A DNA stretch of 58,495 nucleotides, counting the filler, from Asterionella formosa (taxonomy: Eukaryota): NCBI GenBank assembly GCA_002256025.1. It is 5 parts of 5 records of this genome, joined end to end, with 100 filler letters (N's around TTAATTAATTAA, not from the genome) between each part and the next. Parts side by side here need not be neighbours in the genome. Positions count along the whole stretch, not along the records: positions 46,888 to 58,495 come from NKIB01008317.1; 4 more parts are not named here. One strand, given 5' to 3'. Below, piece by piece: positions 46,888-58,495 of this stretch (positions are counted from its first letter, which is position 1; every line of letters begins with the position of its first letter). A program made the translations under genes and the position numbers. Below the pieces are notes generated by a model, which saw nothing but the letters and a program-made list of their open reading frames with translations, searched no databases and was not told the DNA's origin.

Positions 46888-48072
46888 CTGAAAGGAGCCA
46901 AATGTCAACGTCAGCCAGTGGTGCTTGTGTGCGGTGTGCCAGTAGTTCCATCAGCTGTTGTCCCAATTGATTCCAATCCATCTGGAGCTTGAATCTGGAG
47001 GCCACACAGCAGGCAAATCTCACAAACACATCATGCTTGGATGCATCTAACAAGGACATGAAGTGACACAGGTGATCATGACGATCGAAAATATCGTGGA
47101 GCAATTCGTCAGATTCCAATCTCGTCAGAAGCACAACTTGAGGGAAACCGACGAATATCCATGAGAATAAACGTAATTTGTTATTATCAATATAAGACAA
47201 TAAAAACAGGTGAATAAGTCTAGTTTCAATTCAATGATTGTTAAAAGCACATTTGTCTACCTCATCTAGAATAACCCCAGCCATGCAAGTGCTCGCCAAT
47301 AAAGTGGCAAAAAGCGAAGACCCACAAGCAAGCAGATATGCATGAATGATGTGCACATACATAGCGCAAAAGCCCATCAAAGAAGACTCAAGTCATATCG
47401 CCATCAGATCACCTAGAAGGAGGGCCACAGATTGACATCATTTGTCCATCAAACTGATTAATACGGGAACGAGATTGCTCGGGTTCTCCGGTAAATTGGT
47501 GACAGACTTACTGCTTACAGCAACTGATGAATCAGATATTCATAGTATTTGATTGCTACTGGTACAATCGTGGTTGTACCATCTATGTTGATAAATACTA
47601 ACCTTCTAAAAAGTACTGCTGGAATTGCCTCAAGTCACAACTTTTATTGGACCTACCATTAGAGCAGGGCAATAACAGGCCAATTTGTCTTTAGATAGCA
47701 TCTTATCAGATTATGAGACCAAGTCTAATTTTGGAATTGAGTGGAATGGCTCAACATTTAAAGAATCGTAGATATCAATGAAATCATTTTCAGTAAGCTC
47801 AGCTGAGACAGTAAGCCTTCAATGAAGATTGGTATAACATAGAAGAAGACATGGAGGAGCGACATGTTGCTCGTCCAACTGAGCTGCAACAACAGCAAAA
47901 GCCGAAGGGAACAAAGCAAGTCGGAAATTGGGAATTTTTTCACTTTTTTATCTGGCTGTTGTGTCTGATGCAACAACTGTTGCGCTGTTTCACAGCATGA
48001 ATTGATCAGCCAGAACAATATTCCTTTTGTACAGCCATCCTGTTTATAATTCAAATCAGTTGTGTTGTTCAT
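46888..48072 (-). pseudogene. Possible multi-exon gene or pseudogene of unknown product; 3' end truncated
   Basis: Leu-rich coding-like blocks separated by AT-rich GT..AG segments (~47140-47260 and ~47515-47602). Some stops are unresolved. Confidence 0.35.
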
Positions 48073-49296
48073 ACAAGTGACAAGACAATGAGATTTGAAC
48101 AGGCGATGTCATCCTTGTTGATGAAGACCTCGCATAGCAATCACTTCAAGTTCTCATCTGTCCGGTGCTCCTCCTCTTGTTTCAATTCATTTCACGGATG
48201 ATTTTGTGATTTCATGACAAATCCTCTTATGTAGTGTTTCAGGTAGTAGTCACGCCGAGAGGTCGCAGCTGATGTTCTCCATTTAGGTAGAGGAGAATGC
48301 AAAATGACGTCATTATATATTTTACCGTTAAAAAAATCTATTCAAACACTAAATGAATCTACCAACGGAAATACTTTCAAATACCTGTATACATATATAA
48401 AAGGTAATGCCAGCTGAATGTGGAGTAAAAATTACGTCTGCAAATAAATAATATCGTACTTATAAGATCAGGGGTATCATACGATAACTGTCACAGAATT
48501 TTTCTGTGCATGATACATATTTTGTTATATGTATGATAAATGCATACTATGAAAGTGAACAGGCTAAGCTTACTCATGTAATCAAACCACCATTTAATTA
48601 TCAAAACTATATCCTATGATATATAAACAAAGATGTGTCAGTGGTGTTCTGACAGTGGCTTTTTGATCCAACAAGAGCATTTACAAGTTTTTGGTCGACA
48701 TTGGTGGTATCCTGCTGAATGCAAAATGTGCTTTTGAATTGCTAGGGAAGGAGGCAATCATTTAGTCTTTGTGAACCCAACAATTGCTCACCTTGGCATG
48801 TACTCTTGACATACCATAGCTAGATTCCATTCACTCTTCCATTTTCAATCCTTCTAAGCCGCAAGGTTTATCATCATTGTGTGCGTTGAAGCGTCGTTCT
48901 TTCAGTTTTCCTTGTCACAGAAGGGCAGAGATTATCTTTCATTTCAGGATCATGTGGTACCGGTAGGCATAACAAGGAACCTCTAAACATGATTTCAAAT
49001 GTATAGGCTATGTCTACATTTATAAAAATTTGAAAACGTATAAATATATACACATAATGTTTATACTATTATCAATTAAGCTTATACATATTCAAATATA
49101 TACAATGAATGTGGATATCATTGTTTCCATGACCTGATGTACTGTCTTTGAATTTTTCCGCATCAATTCTTGTGCCTACAAGTAAGTAATTTAATTAAGC
49201 CCCTCAATTAGCGGGAGTCATATGAAATTTTTCATATGGTACAAATCATTACATATTTACCGGTAGATCAATCGCTCGAATCAATCTTTATGATTT

Positions 49297-49605
49297 ACAG
49301 ATCATACCTCCTGATTAGAAATGATTGCCAATAAATAAGATCACAGATGACAATTTTTAGCTTTTTTGATCTTACTTTAAACATGAATATATCTTACTAC
49401 TAAAAATTACAGATCATACTTTCCAATTAGATATGATTGCCAATAAATAAGATCACAGATAACAATTTATAGCTTTTTTGATCTTACTTTCAACATGAAT
49501 ATATCTTACTACTAAAAAATTACAGATCATACTTTCTGGTTAGATATGATTGCCTATAAATAAGATCACAGATAACAACTTTTAGCTCGTTTGATCTTAC
49601 TTTTA
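49297..49605. repeat. Tandem repeat, three copies of ~112 bp
   Basis: tacagatcatac...atgattgccaataaataagatcacagat...gatcttacttt occurs near 49297, 49408 and 49522. Confidence 0.92.
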
Positions 49606-49609
49606 ACCT

Positions 49610-49880
49610 AAGTACGAGGTGACAATAGATATCAATGTCACCTTGTTTGTACGAGAACAATGTGTTTTTCTTGCGTCCCCTCCATCACCAATAGACAATA
49701 CAATTGTCGTCACCTGGTCTGTACAAGAACGTGTTGTAGCCTGAGTACGAGGTGACAATAGATACCAATGTCACCTTGTTTGTACGAGAAAGTGTTATTG
49801 CGTCCCCTTCATCACCAACAGATACCAATGCCACATTGTTGTACGACTGCGTGATATTGCGTACCCTCAATCACCTTTAG
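49610..49880 (-). pseudogene. Decayed RNI-like LRR coding repeats
   Basis: Repeated nucleotide blocks translate to (V/I)GD(E/G)GDA...RTNKVTL.SI. Confidence 0.45.
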
Positions 49881-49988
49881 ATACCGGTATACCAAAGTCA
49901 CTCCCTAACCCTATTCCTATCATGGGCATGATTCAAATTCAAATCAATCATACAAGTAGTATGTTTACATACAAATATCTGTGCAACA

Positions 49989-51380
49989 TGTTAATATCTA
50001 CGTATGGTATTCCGTATCTGCAATGTATGATACCTACCGGCGTAACCACCAGGTTAGATACATGCGTGAGTGCTAATATAATAACAATGCACTCATGACA
50101 GCAATAGAATAGTCTTAATATTGTAACTCACCTTTATTCACGATAAGATTCCCCTCAACAGAGTTACAATATCTGTTCTCTCCCCATTGTCTGCAGCACT
50201 CGTGCCATTGCGGCCTACGTTGGCGGAGTCATCACTGCTTTTCACGCGCCTATGCCCCACCGATTGCCCGCGTTTTTTCTCGATTCTCTCCTTTGCCCCT
50301 CTTTCCAACCTTCATACATCATGGCGACTCCCCTTGTTTCTGCCGTTTTCCCTTTCCCTCATCCGCTCCTAACGCTGATTGATGGTAAACCTACAGCCCT
50401 CACTGTGACCCGTCTTCAAAAGGAAATCTTCGCCAATGTGCGCTCTGTAAATTGTACAAGCGGCGGTGGCGTTAACGGTTTTCTTGGCATCGTCATGACT
50501 GCTGCGCCTTATCTCCTACGTGCCGGTGAACCCTTTTTACCAGCCATGCATCCTGGCACTGGCACACAACCGCCGCACAGTGCCACTGCTACACAGTCAC
50601 AGATCACTGCGGCCAACCGTCTCTGTGCGTGACACCTCCATTGATGGATTCCGCCGATATTCTCAAATCCGCGAAGCCCTTTGTCAACAAATATTAACAG
50701 CCATCGACCCTACTTACTACAACGTTCTCAAAGATGCTACTTTTGGATATGCCGACCTCACTGTGGTGTCTTTACTCTCTCATTTAGAGATTACTTATGC
50801 CACATTAAGTGCTGATGATCTCGAATTTAACCACATGCGTTTAGCTGATGCTTGGACACCTGATGAACCATTGGAACAGGCCAATGTTTACGCACATAGT
50901 CTTCGAACTTGGCATGACCGCGCCTCAAATGACCATACATGGGCGAATTTCTGTTCACATTTCATCCACGGGGATAAGGAACACTTACCCATGTTAACTG
51001 CCACCACTGCAGGATATCATGGTGCTCATGAGCTGCTATTCAGACCAGTGGTCATACCCCCCAGCCAGGCTTTCACCACCAGTGGTACTGCCCCTATGCC
51101 CAGTATTGCCACAGCACAGCCCGAGCTGTCCCAACTGGATATATATACAACAATTTACAATTAGGATATTGTTGGACTCAAGGTCTCACCAAGCACCCCG
51201 ACCACACCAGTGCCACCTGTTACCATCCCTCTTCTGGACATCAGCTTAATGCCACACTTGATTGATGCATGGGCGGCTGCATCTGTATCTTTGGCGATGG
51301 TACCCGTACCAACTGCACACCACATGTCCCCCCACTTTTCATGCCACCTGCTTGATATCAAGGGGAGCAAGTTAACATCG
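49989..51380 (+). mobile_element. Second, more decayed copy of the CoDi-type Copia family: LTR 49989-50160 and frameshifted gag from 50281-50323 region (MATPLVSAVFPFPHP) to 51355
   Basis: LTR and gag are colinear with 38717-40125 (MATPLVSAVFPFPHP vs MTTPIVSAVFPFPHP; GYCWT.GLTK). Confidence 0.9.
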
Positions 51381-51539
51381 TTAATACTAAGCTTTTCTAT
51401 GCACAGCTCTGATGTTCAGGAACTAATTAGGTAACATAAATACTCATGAATATATTTCACTAATATATATATATATATATTTACATAATATATATTAAGC
51501 TATCTTGCTAACTTGCTTCTTGTTACATCTTTTATGAAA

Positions 51540-53417
51540 TTCGTCATGGTGATCAACAAGTAGTTGAACTCTATTCTACCATTGACTTTGTTTACCCACA
51601 GCCACTGTTTCATTCAAGAAGTTGCAGTGTGAAGTAACATGCAAATCCATGCAGTCACCTCGCACAGTATGCGCAATATGCTGTGTCAGAACTTTCACAG
51701 TCAAGGTAACCATCGCTTTCTAATAGAATGTTATGAAGCATACAGCATAATGTGAACGCATTTTTGATATGCTCAGGTCAAGACAAGTTGTTCCAGTTCT
51801 TAAGAAATAACCATCAACTTTTCAATATACCAAAAGTACATTCAATATCTTTTCGAACAGACTCCACCATCATAACCCATGCCCTTTTTTTCCATGTTCA
51901 TTGCCATATTTAATTGGACAAATCAACACTGGCCATCGTAGGTACCCTCCATCACAAATGAAATATTAGCCTTTACAAGTTATAGAAGACTCAACAGTGA
52001 GCACATTCCACTCTTGCCTGCCAAGAAACGAATTTCTATCATGTAGATTGGAAACAGCAGCATCAAACTTGACTATGTGTTTGTCATTTCTTGTTCCAGG
52101 GTTTAAGTAGCTGATTGATAAAATCTTTCTTCTGTGATCAGAAACCACCTCAAAAACAACTGAAAGATACCCCATGGAACCTTTAAATATATTCTTCTGG
52201 TAGGCAGGACATCGATTCCATCCAATGTGCACACAATCGACTGAGCCTATACAACCTGGAAGCCCAATGGAACTGTAATCATTTAGAATTTGTTGCAGTT
52301 GGTCATCATCTTCCTCTTCCTCTTCCTCTCTCAGTATGTATACATATTCATCCTTCTTTTCTGCAAACTTTGAAGTCCAGTGAATGAAAAAAATTTCGGT
52401 GTACCTCTTTAGAGATGTCAGTTTGAATGTACACATACAAATCGGAAGCACCGGTTGCTAGAGTGTAGAGAACACCCAGGAAGAGCAACTCAAGGTCCTT
52501 GCACAGAAGGTTGGTGCAATCTTTCCTGTGCGGATCATACCAACCATTTGATATTGTCATATCATACATTTTCAAGAATATGTCGAATGGAAGACGAATA
52601 GTTTGCAAAAGAGTCTTACTTCCCATGTGTTCATGTCCAAATGTAAGATGCGCTTTTCGTTTGTTAGGAACTTCTTCCACCAACATGACTCTTCCCTTGA
52701 CACCAGAGAGGTCGTTTCTAAAAGATGCGCTTTTTGTTTGTTAGGAACTTCTTCCACCAACATGACCCTTCCTTTGACACCAGAGGTCGTTTCTTTTTTT
52801 TGGCTTAGCAGATGTTGTTGGATGGCGATTGCTGTTTGATGGCAATTGCTGATTCTCTCTTTCAGATTGAGCTTCCAAATGGAACTGAGAAACCAGCTCA
52901 TTTCGCAACGCAGCTGGCAAGGCTGCTGGTAGTTGCCATGACAACCATTGTTGCTGCCATGGCTGAACACACTGTTGATAATGTGCCAGGAAGGTTGACG
53001 ATGGCGTTGGTGGAGTCGTCATGTTACAAATTATTATCATAACAAAAACATTAAAAGTATCAATTATTATATTAATAATGACAATAATACTACAATAAAA
53101 GTACCGAAGCATCGAATACTATATCATCAGTATATGTGATGACGATTATATATTGTTTCCGCCATTCTGATTGGTGGAGACAATCTTCGTTTGCCCGAAG
53201 ATTAATCTTTGGGAAACGAAGATTGTTCAAGAAAATACTAAGATTGGTTCAATATCGGGGATAACCCTCGAAATATTCAGGCGAACGAAGATTAATCTTC
53301 GTAATCGGGGGGATTTACGAGTTATTTAGCCCGTAAGGGACGAAAACACGAAGATTATACGCCCAACAGGTATCCGGGCGACTGAATCTTCGTAATTCGG
53401 CCACTGTAAGATGGGCC
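51540..53417 (-). mobile_element. PIF/Harbinger transposase pseudogene (start near 53022) with a TIR ending at 53417
   Basis: Motifs GLPGCIGSVDCVHI, ICDGGY, ESVRKDIECTFGILK and CCMLHN. Terminus CCACTGTAAGATGGGCC|TAA. Subterminal palindromes cgaagattaatcttcg. Confidence 0.88.
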
Positions 53418-53952
53418 TAAGATGCATCACACAAATTAGATGTCTTCTATTTGCAGACGTTATTTAGCCTTTTTATTCCATTTCTCGTCGACAGCAACCT
53501 TTGGGACCAAATACGGAAGTAACGCTAGCTAATTGACGACTTCAAAGCACGATCATTATTGGTTAGTACATAAATCGCTGGTTCGAATTGTATCATTTAA
53601 GAAACTTTGATAATTTTAGTCGAAAGAAGGAGTACTGAAACGTTGACTCTCAGTTTTTAAGTGGTACCAGTACCCGGTACCCTGGTACTCCGGTACCAGT
53701 ACCAGTGTAAAATGCTACTGTTTGCATCTTGAAACATTTGGTAGCCACGCAGTTTGCAGGTACTGCAACCTGATGCGGTCATTTTGCTTAAATCAACAAT
53801 TTAATATAGGATAAAGACAGCTATATCGTTAGCTCAGAAAAATTACCACAACTTGCAGGTACTTGGAACACAAATAGTCAGTCACACTTCGTAATTTAGG
53901 TACGCTTATTACCAAATTCTACAAGTTTATTATTAGATGAAGTTGTTTAGTA

Positions 53953-54681
53953 CTCCTCTGTCCCAAAATAATTGCAGTGTCTTGACTGTTAGAATCTGAA
54001 AGATTATGTGGCCAACATACTATCTTTCTTACATGAGGATTGGCTTACTCGAAAAAATACGTTTTTAATAAGTTATATAGACGTGAACATAAATTCGCAT
54101 CTCAATAAATTAATCAAAACCAATTTAACAATTTAGCATACATATATAAATTACATACATGTGGATATTGCCAAATGCTGCTTTATACTATTGGTCAGCC
54201 ACTCAAATATTTGCGGGAAACCTAATACAACAAGCCACTATCATAATTATAACATGAATAGAATAATTGTTGTTCTGTATAATTTCTACGGTTGTTGCAC
54301 CAACATGGAACATACTGCCATATATTTTATGGTTATTATCCTCAAAACAAGCATATAGCATTGTATTCTTCCTTCCCATGATTGCCACTATTGGGGTTGT
54401 GCATTCCATAATTGAATGCAAGTTGGCGTTGTTCTACTTTTATATTGTACTTGGTATGTTTGTTGAAAATAGATGTTTTGAAGAAAAATGGGTCCTCATG
54501 TACCTGCATTTTGCTCAGGATAGACATAAAGTGAAAATCGAGAAGTCGAAAAATGTTTTTTCAAATGTTGTTGCCAATTTTAAAATTTCTACAGGGCGAT
54601 TGAGCTAGAGAAAATTGTAGGAGCAAAAATCGCCCTGGAGAGACGTGAAAAATTGATGCAACTATTTTCGGACAGAGAAGG
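53953..54681. mobile_element. Stowaway-like MITE with TA target duplication
   Basis: Left end TA|CTCCTCTGTCCCAAAATAATTGCA; right end TGCAACTATTTTCGGACAGAGAAGG|TA. AT-rich non-coding interior. Confidence 0.75.
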
Positions 54682-54779
54682 TACTAGGTACCATGCTATC
54701 CATGTTTTACTCTCATGTGGAAAGGGGCCTTATAGTCATAGTGAATCAATCATAATGATGTTGAACAGGGGGGGGGGGG

Positions 54780-55240
54780 GCTCCAAAGACTATTTCCTTC
54801 CTCAAGTCAAGGTTTCTCAGATTGTGAACTGATTGCATTTATTTCTAAACTATCAATCTTGCTAATGGTCCTGCTAAACTTAATCCTGCCAAATACAATT
54901 CAAGACTTCCACTCCAACTTGTTTCAATCCCACTTTCGATCCCATAAGTCATTTCACGACTTGACTAATTAGACTGTAAAGGTAACCCGGAGTCTCTGTA
55001 ACCTCCAACAAACGAGAAAACAGGAAATTTATCTGTGTACACAGCAGATCATTTGTTGAAGGGCTCCAAAAGACTTCTTTACTCAAATCAAGGTTTCTCA
55101 TAGTGTGTTTACTAAATGTAAATTTTTCTAAATTATCAATCTTGCCAAATCGGTACTGCCAAACTTAGCTTATCCTTCGGAACTCAATCTTTACCAGTTC
55201 AAGCCTTCTATTGGGTACTCGATCCCACTTTCAATCCCAG
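54780..55240 (-). repeat. Diverged direct duplication (~283-bp spacing), possibly decayed LRR-coding DNA
   Basis: ctccaaagac...tcaaggtttctca...tttctaaa.tatcaatcttgc...atcccacttt occurs at 54781 and 55064. The minus strand gives LYLAGLSLAGP and LRNLDL. Confidence 0.55.
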
Positions 55241-55624
55241 AACATCACATATCATTATTGTTTTAAGAAGACCATATCAAGTACCGGAAAGTAATCTATC
55301 GGTAGATATTGATCAACGGAACGGCCAAGAATGGTTTTATTTTCTATCGCGGTCATAAGCAATGGCCTAAAGTAAGAGCTATGCATTTCTGAGTATATTG
55401 CTGTTTCGCGCCCTGTTTATGATTTTGCGCTCACAATAAATAAAAAAGATCAGACTCTGTTCGCAAACAAGGTATAGCTATTGTCTCGATTTACTCAAGC
55501 CTCGACTAGCTGAAGTGAATTCCCTCACATATCGTTATTGTTTTACCAGAAGACTTTATACCACGTAAGTACTCTATTGTTCGAATATTGATTGAAGGAA
55601 GGGTTCGAATCTGAATCTGAGACT

Positions 55625-57265
55625 ATGATGTTGTTGAGCAGTTCATACGCAGAGACGACTTCTGCAACCGGTAGGCATCTCATTCCAAATGATGAAAACC
55701 TTCTATGGCTGCTGCTGCTATCCTTTTACATGACGCAGATAAAGCAGTTGTCGGTGACGAATGTCATAACCATCTTTTTATTATTCGGAAACTTATGGTT
55801 ATTGCACTTTTCAATGTTTCAAAGAAACTCAACAATTAAAGCTACTTGGAGGTCCCCAAGCAGCGCATCTGAAGGAGATGCTCAGGGAATCATCATGAGT
55901 GCTGTTTTGCCACCACTGGTCATGTTGGTCATGCAGGAACCCGCACATTTCTTGGCATCATCAGCCTTTGATTTCCCCGCCAATGTAGCAGTCATGGCTG
56001 TTTCAGCAGCCTACAATGCCGAAATGCAGTCACTCGAGACACTGTGTTACGCCATTTATTCAATTGTTCTGCACTACTATCCCCTAGCAGGATGCCCCAG
56101 TTTGCAAGGCGTCTTTACAAAGGGAGAATTCAAGCTTGTGTCGACGATTGGAGGAATTACCTTAATACGAGGACTTATATGGATTCCAACTGACCCGAAG
56201 GATGTTTATCTACTCGTGGCCGTTGCTGGAGTGACAGGGACTCTACTGGGATGCAAGGTGGCTTCTTTGCTATCAAACTCGTTAATCACTAGGCTACCGT
56301 TTCTAATGGGAATGCCACTACTGCTCGTCGAATTAAATTTATACAAAATGGACAGTCAACGGCTTCCAAAACCACTCTGTCTTTACTGGTTGGTGGATTT
56401 CCTGTTACAGGTCGAAGGGACCTGTCCTCGATACTATTTTCTCATCTATTGGGCCCTCGTGCTGGCTGTCCTCCTTCCCTTATCTCCGTCAAAATTCGAG
56501 TTTCCCGTCATTGCTCGCAAGTGGTTCCACGGGATAGCTATTCTCCTATTTCTTCCCCCCACCTACGACGACCCAATTTTCATGTCACTGATATATGCCA
56601 TTGCCATGTGTGTGCTTATGGTCGTAGAACACGTGCGGAAAATTACATCCTTCAACCATGTATACATACGTTATCTCGACGTGGATAAGGATGCAGCAGA
56701 CAAAGTGGTGATTTCACCCATTACATTGATTGCTGGGTGTGCGATACCATGTTGGATGTCTGCTATTATGGGGATTGACCGTACTAATGGCCTTGCCCTC
56801 TTCGGCATTCTAGTTTTGGGGGTGGGCGATAGCATGGCGGCCATTGTGGGAACACATTACGGAAAAACAAAATGGGGGAGAAAACGAAGTGTTGAAGGTA
56901 GCTTCGCCATGGGGATGAGCATGTTTGCGATTTGTTGGGCGTGTGGAAGGGAGGATTGGACTATTGCTGTGATAGTATCCACCGTCCTAGAAGCATTAAC
57001 TTGTCAAATAGATAATTTGGTCTTGCCGTTGACTGGAGCGACTGTCGTGATGATACAATCTGGATGGGCTGCTTCATACAACCAAATGGATAACTTGGTC
57101 GTACCGTTGGCAACAGTTTGCATTGCCAATGTAATTCACATGTTACGGAGCAATCATCGAAATGCTTCCATTCATCTGACCAAAAGAACTGAGCAGAACC
57201 ATCCATCGAAAAAAAGTATTCTTAATCCTGAGAGAGTGGGAAAACCGAATTGCCAGTCAGGTTAG
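55625..57265 (+). CDS. DOLK: Dolichol kinase (SEC59/DOLK family) polytopic membrane protein
   Basis: Motifs RKWFH, GILVLGVGDSMAAIVG..YG..KW...RSVEGS and QIDNLVLP. Many TM helices. First ATG at 55625. Confidence 0.9.
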   Translation: MMLLSSSYAETTSATGRHLIPNDENLLWLLLLSFYMTQIKQLSVTNVITIFLLFGNLWLLHFSMFQRNSTIKATWRSPSSASEGDAQGIIMSAVLPPLVMLVMQEPAHFLASSAFDFPANVAVMAVSAAYNAEMQSLETLCYAIYSIVLHYYPLAGCPSLQGVFTKGEFKLVSTIGGITLIRGLIWIPTDPKDVYLLVAVAGVTGTLLGCKVASLLSNSLITRLPFLMGMPLLLVELNLYKMDSQRLPKPLCLYWLVDFLLQVEGTCPRYYFLIYWALVLAVLLPLSPSKFEFPVIARKWFHGIAILLFLPPTYDDPIFMSLIYAIAMCVLMVVEHVRKITSFNHVYIRYLDVDKDAADKVVISPITLIAGCAIPCWMSAIMGIDRTNGLALFGILVLGVGDSMAAIVGTHYGKTKWGRKRSVEGSFAMGMSMFAICWACGREDWTIAVIVSTVLEALTCQIDNLVLPLTGATVVMIQSGWAASYNQMDNLVVPLATVCIANVIHMLRSNHRNASIHLTKRTEQNHPSKKSILNPERVGKPNCQSG

Positions 57266-57507
57266 GTTGAAATACTTTCTTCTGATAGCTCGGACATTCA
57301 CAATAATAACGAGTTCACATGCGGGGAAATGTTCATGTCCAATGTTGAAATGGTTAATAACTGACGTGTCCATTGATTTGAACCTGCGCCGCACGGGACA
57401 AAGTTAATACAACACAAAAGAGAACTTTGTCATGATGGGAAAGGTGTCGAACACCCACATAGCGGGTACAACTCCCGCAGAATATACATGAGGGTTTTCT
57501 TGATGCT

Positions 57508-58495
57508 TCATATTTGCGAGATAGAGGTGCGTTCTGCACATATCTTCAGTGCCTGTTTAATTATTGAGCTATCTTGCTCTGATGGAATGCTGTCGCCCAT
57601 CAAGACTACATATGATCCCACTGCTGATGAAAGAGCCATGGTGAATGTTTCATTGGTTGATGCGTCATTTCCCACTGCTGATCGAATCCACCGCAGAACT
57701 AGCTTTGCCAATTTGAGGGATATTATTGTTGGAGGGGCTGAAATCGAATACAATAAGTCACTGGTCTGGCATGCCCAAGAAATTCCATTCAAATCGTGTG
57801 GCTCAACTGTTGTCCAGAAATGTGTCAAACATCCAATCAGCGGATCTCCAAGGATGCCACTTTTGATCAGAGAATTCATGGTCCTATCCTTCTCGTCTGC
57901 CGAATCCATAATGGAAACTATGCACATGAGCATCTCAGGTACATGCGTTTCCAATGCCAATCCAGTCGCCTGCAGGACATCGTCAGTTGTCAAATCTTCG
58001 TAGAGGCAGTCCCAGACCGAAAACTCTGTTAGCATGCATCCCAATACCCGTGCCGTCGTCTCAGTACCTTTCTTCACTATGGACAAAAATGACACGGTTG
58101 AGTGATGAACATCCTGGAATGAGTGTCGCAGGTGGAGCAAACCATCAGGAGATAAGGTTGTTGCATCCGACACCAGCAATGCATGGAATGCCGCCATGAC
58201 AACGCGGCCACAATGAATTAAACAAGGTGATTCCTCAACCTCCTCGAAACAAGCTCGGCCCAATTGAATTCTCCATTCACCCGATGCCAGTCGCGTCAAC
58301 GTGCACATTTGCTTATTTGCCCCTACTGGGACATGCTGGTTTGCTCCTTCATCCAACATCCATCCTGATGTCTCCACAACATGGGCTGCAGTTGCCCATG
58401 CTAGCACTCGACTTGCATGTTCGTTGGAATTGGATCCAATGTGAGCCATGATCAAACTCCAAATAATATTTATAGTCTCATGATTTTTCTTCTTT
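57508..58495 (-). CDS. Hypothetical helical protein; 5' end truncated by the contig/window end
   Basis: Frame is open from the window end to the stop at 57508 (>315 aa). Convergent with DOLK. Confidence 0.65.
   Translation of the reverse strand, partial: KKKNHETINIIWSLIMAHIGSNSNEHASRVLAWATAAHVVETSGWMLDEGANQHVPVGANKQMCTLTRLASGEWRIQLGRACFEEVEESPCLIHCGRVVMAAFHALLVSDATTLSPDGLLHLRHSFQDVHHSTVSFLSIVKKGTETTARVLGCMLTEFSVWDCLYEDLTTDDVLQATGLALETHVPEMLMCIVSIMDSADEKDRTMNSLIKSGILGDPLIGCLTHFWTTVEPHDLNGISWACQTSDLLYSISAPPTIISLKLAKLVLRWIRSAVGNDASTNETFTMALSSAVGSYVVLMGDSIPSEQDSSIIKQALKICAERTSISQI

Larger units (their letters stand above)
48436..53459. mobile_element. Putative TIR element bounded by CGTCTGCAAATA...TATTTGCAGACG and containing nested Copia and Harbinger pieces
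   Basis: Inverted termini at 48436 and 53459. The left subterminal ~100 bp is homologous (reverse complement) to 18260-18364. The same terminus recurs near 31931. No TSD recognised. Confidence 0.4.

Overview
Eukaryotic DNA, most likely from a diatom. Evidence: spliceosomal introns, Copia elements of the diatom CoDi type, and diatom-style secreted proteins. The window is not contiguous. It is five unrelated contigs in descending length (11626, 11626, 11621, 11614, 11608 bp) joined by 100-bp N44-TTAATTAATTAA-N44 linkers. Host genes include a GCK/CHCH-type mitochondrial protein, a secreted repeat protein, a spliced membrane protein, two inverted GT15 (Kre2/Ktr-like) glycosyltransferase paralogues, the end of an ABCB transporter, dolichol kinase and several hypothetical proteins. 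The rest is decayed mobile DNA: three PIF/Harbinger transposases, three Copia fragments, a Gypsy remnant, a Penelope-like RT, TA-flanked TIR elements/MITEs and satellites. Best leads: (1) two diverged Copia LTRs whose primer-binding site is exactly complementary to a 12-nt segment of their own LTR, with compensatory changes between the copies (Tf1-like self-priming in a Ty1/Copia element); both copies also share a TGA at the gag-pol junction. (2) A Harbinger transposon that appears to carry a third gene, a 2OG-Fe(II) dioxygenase. All family assignments come from motif recognition by eye; no searches were run.
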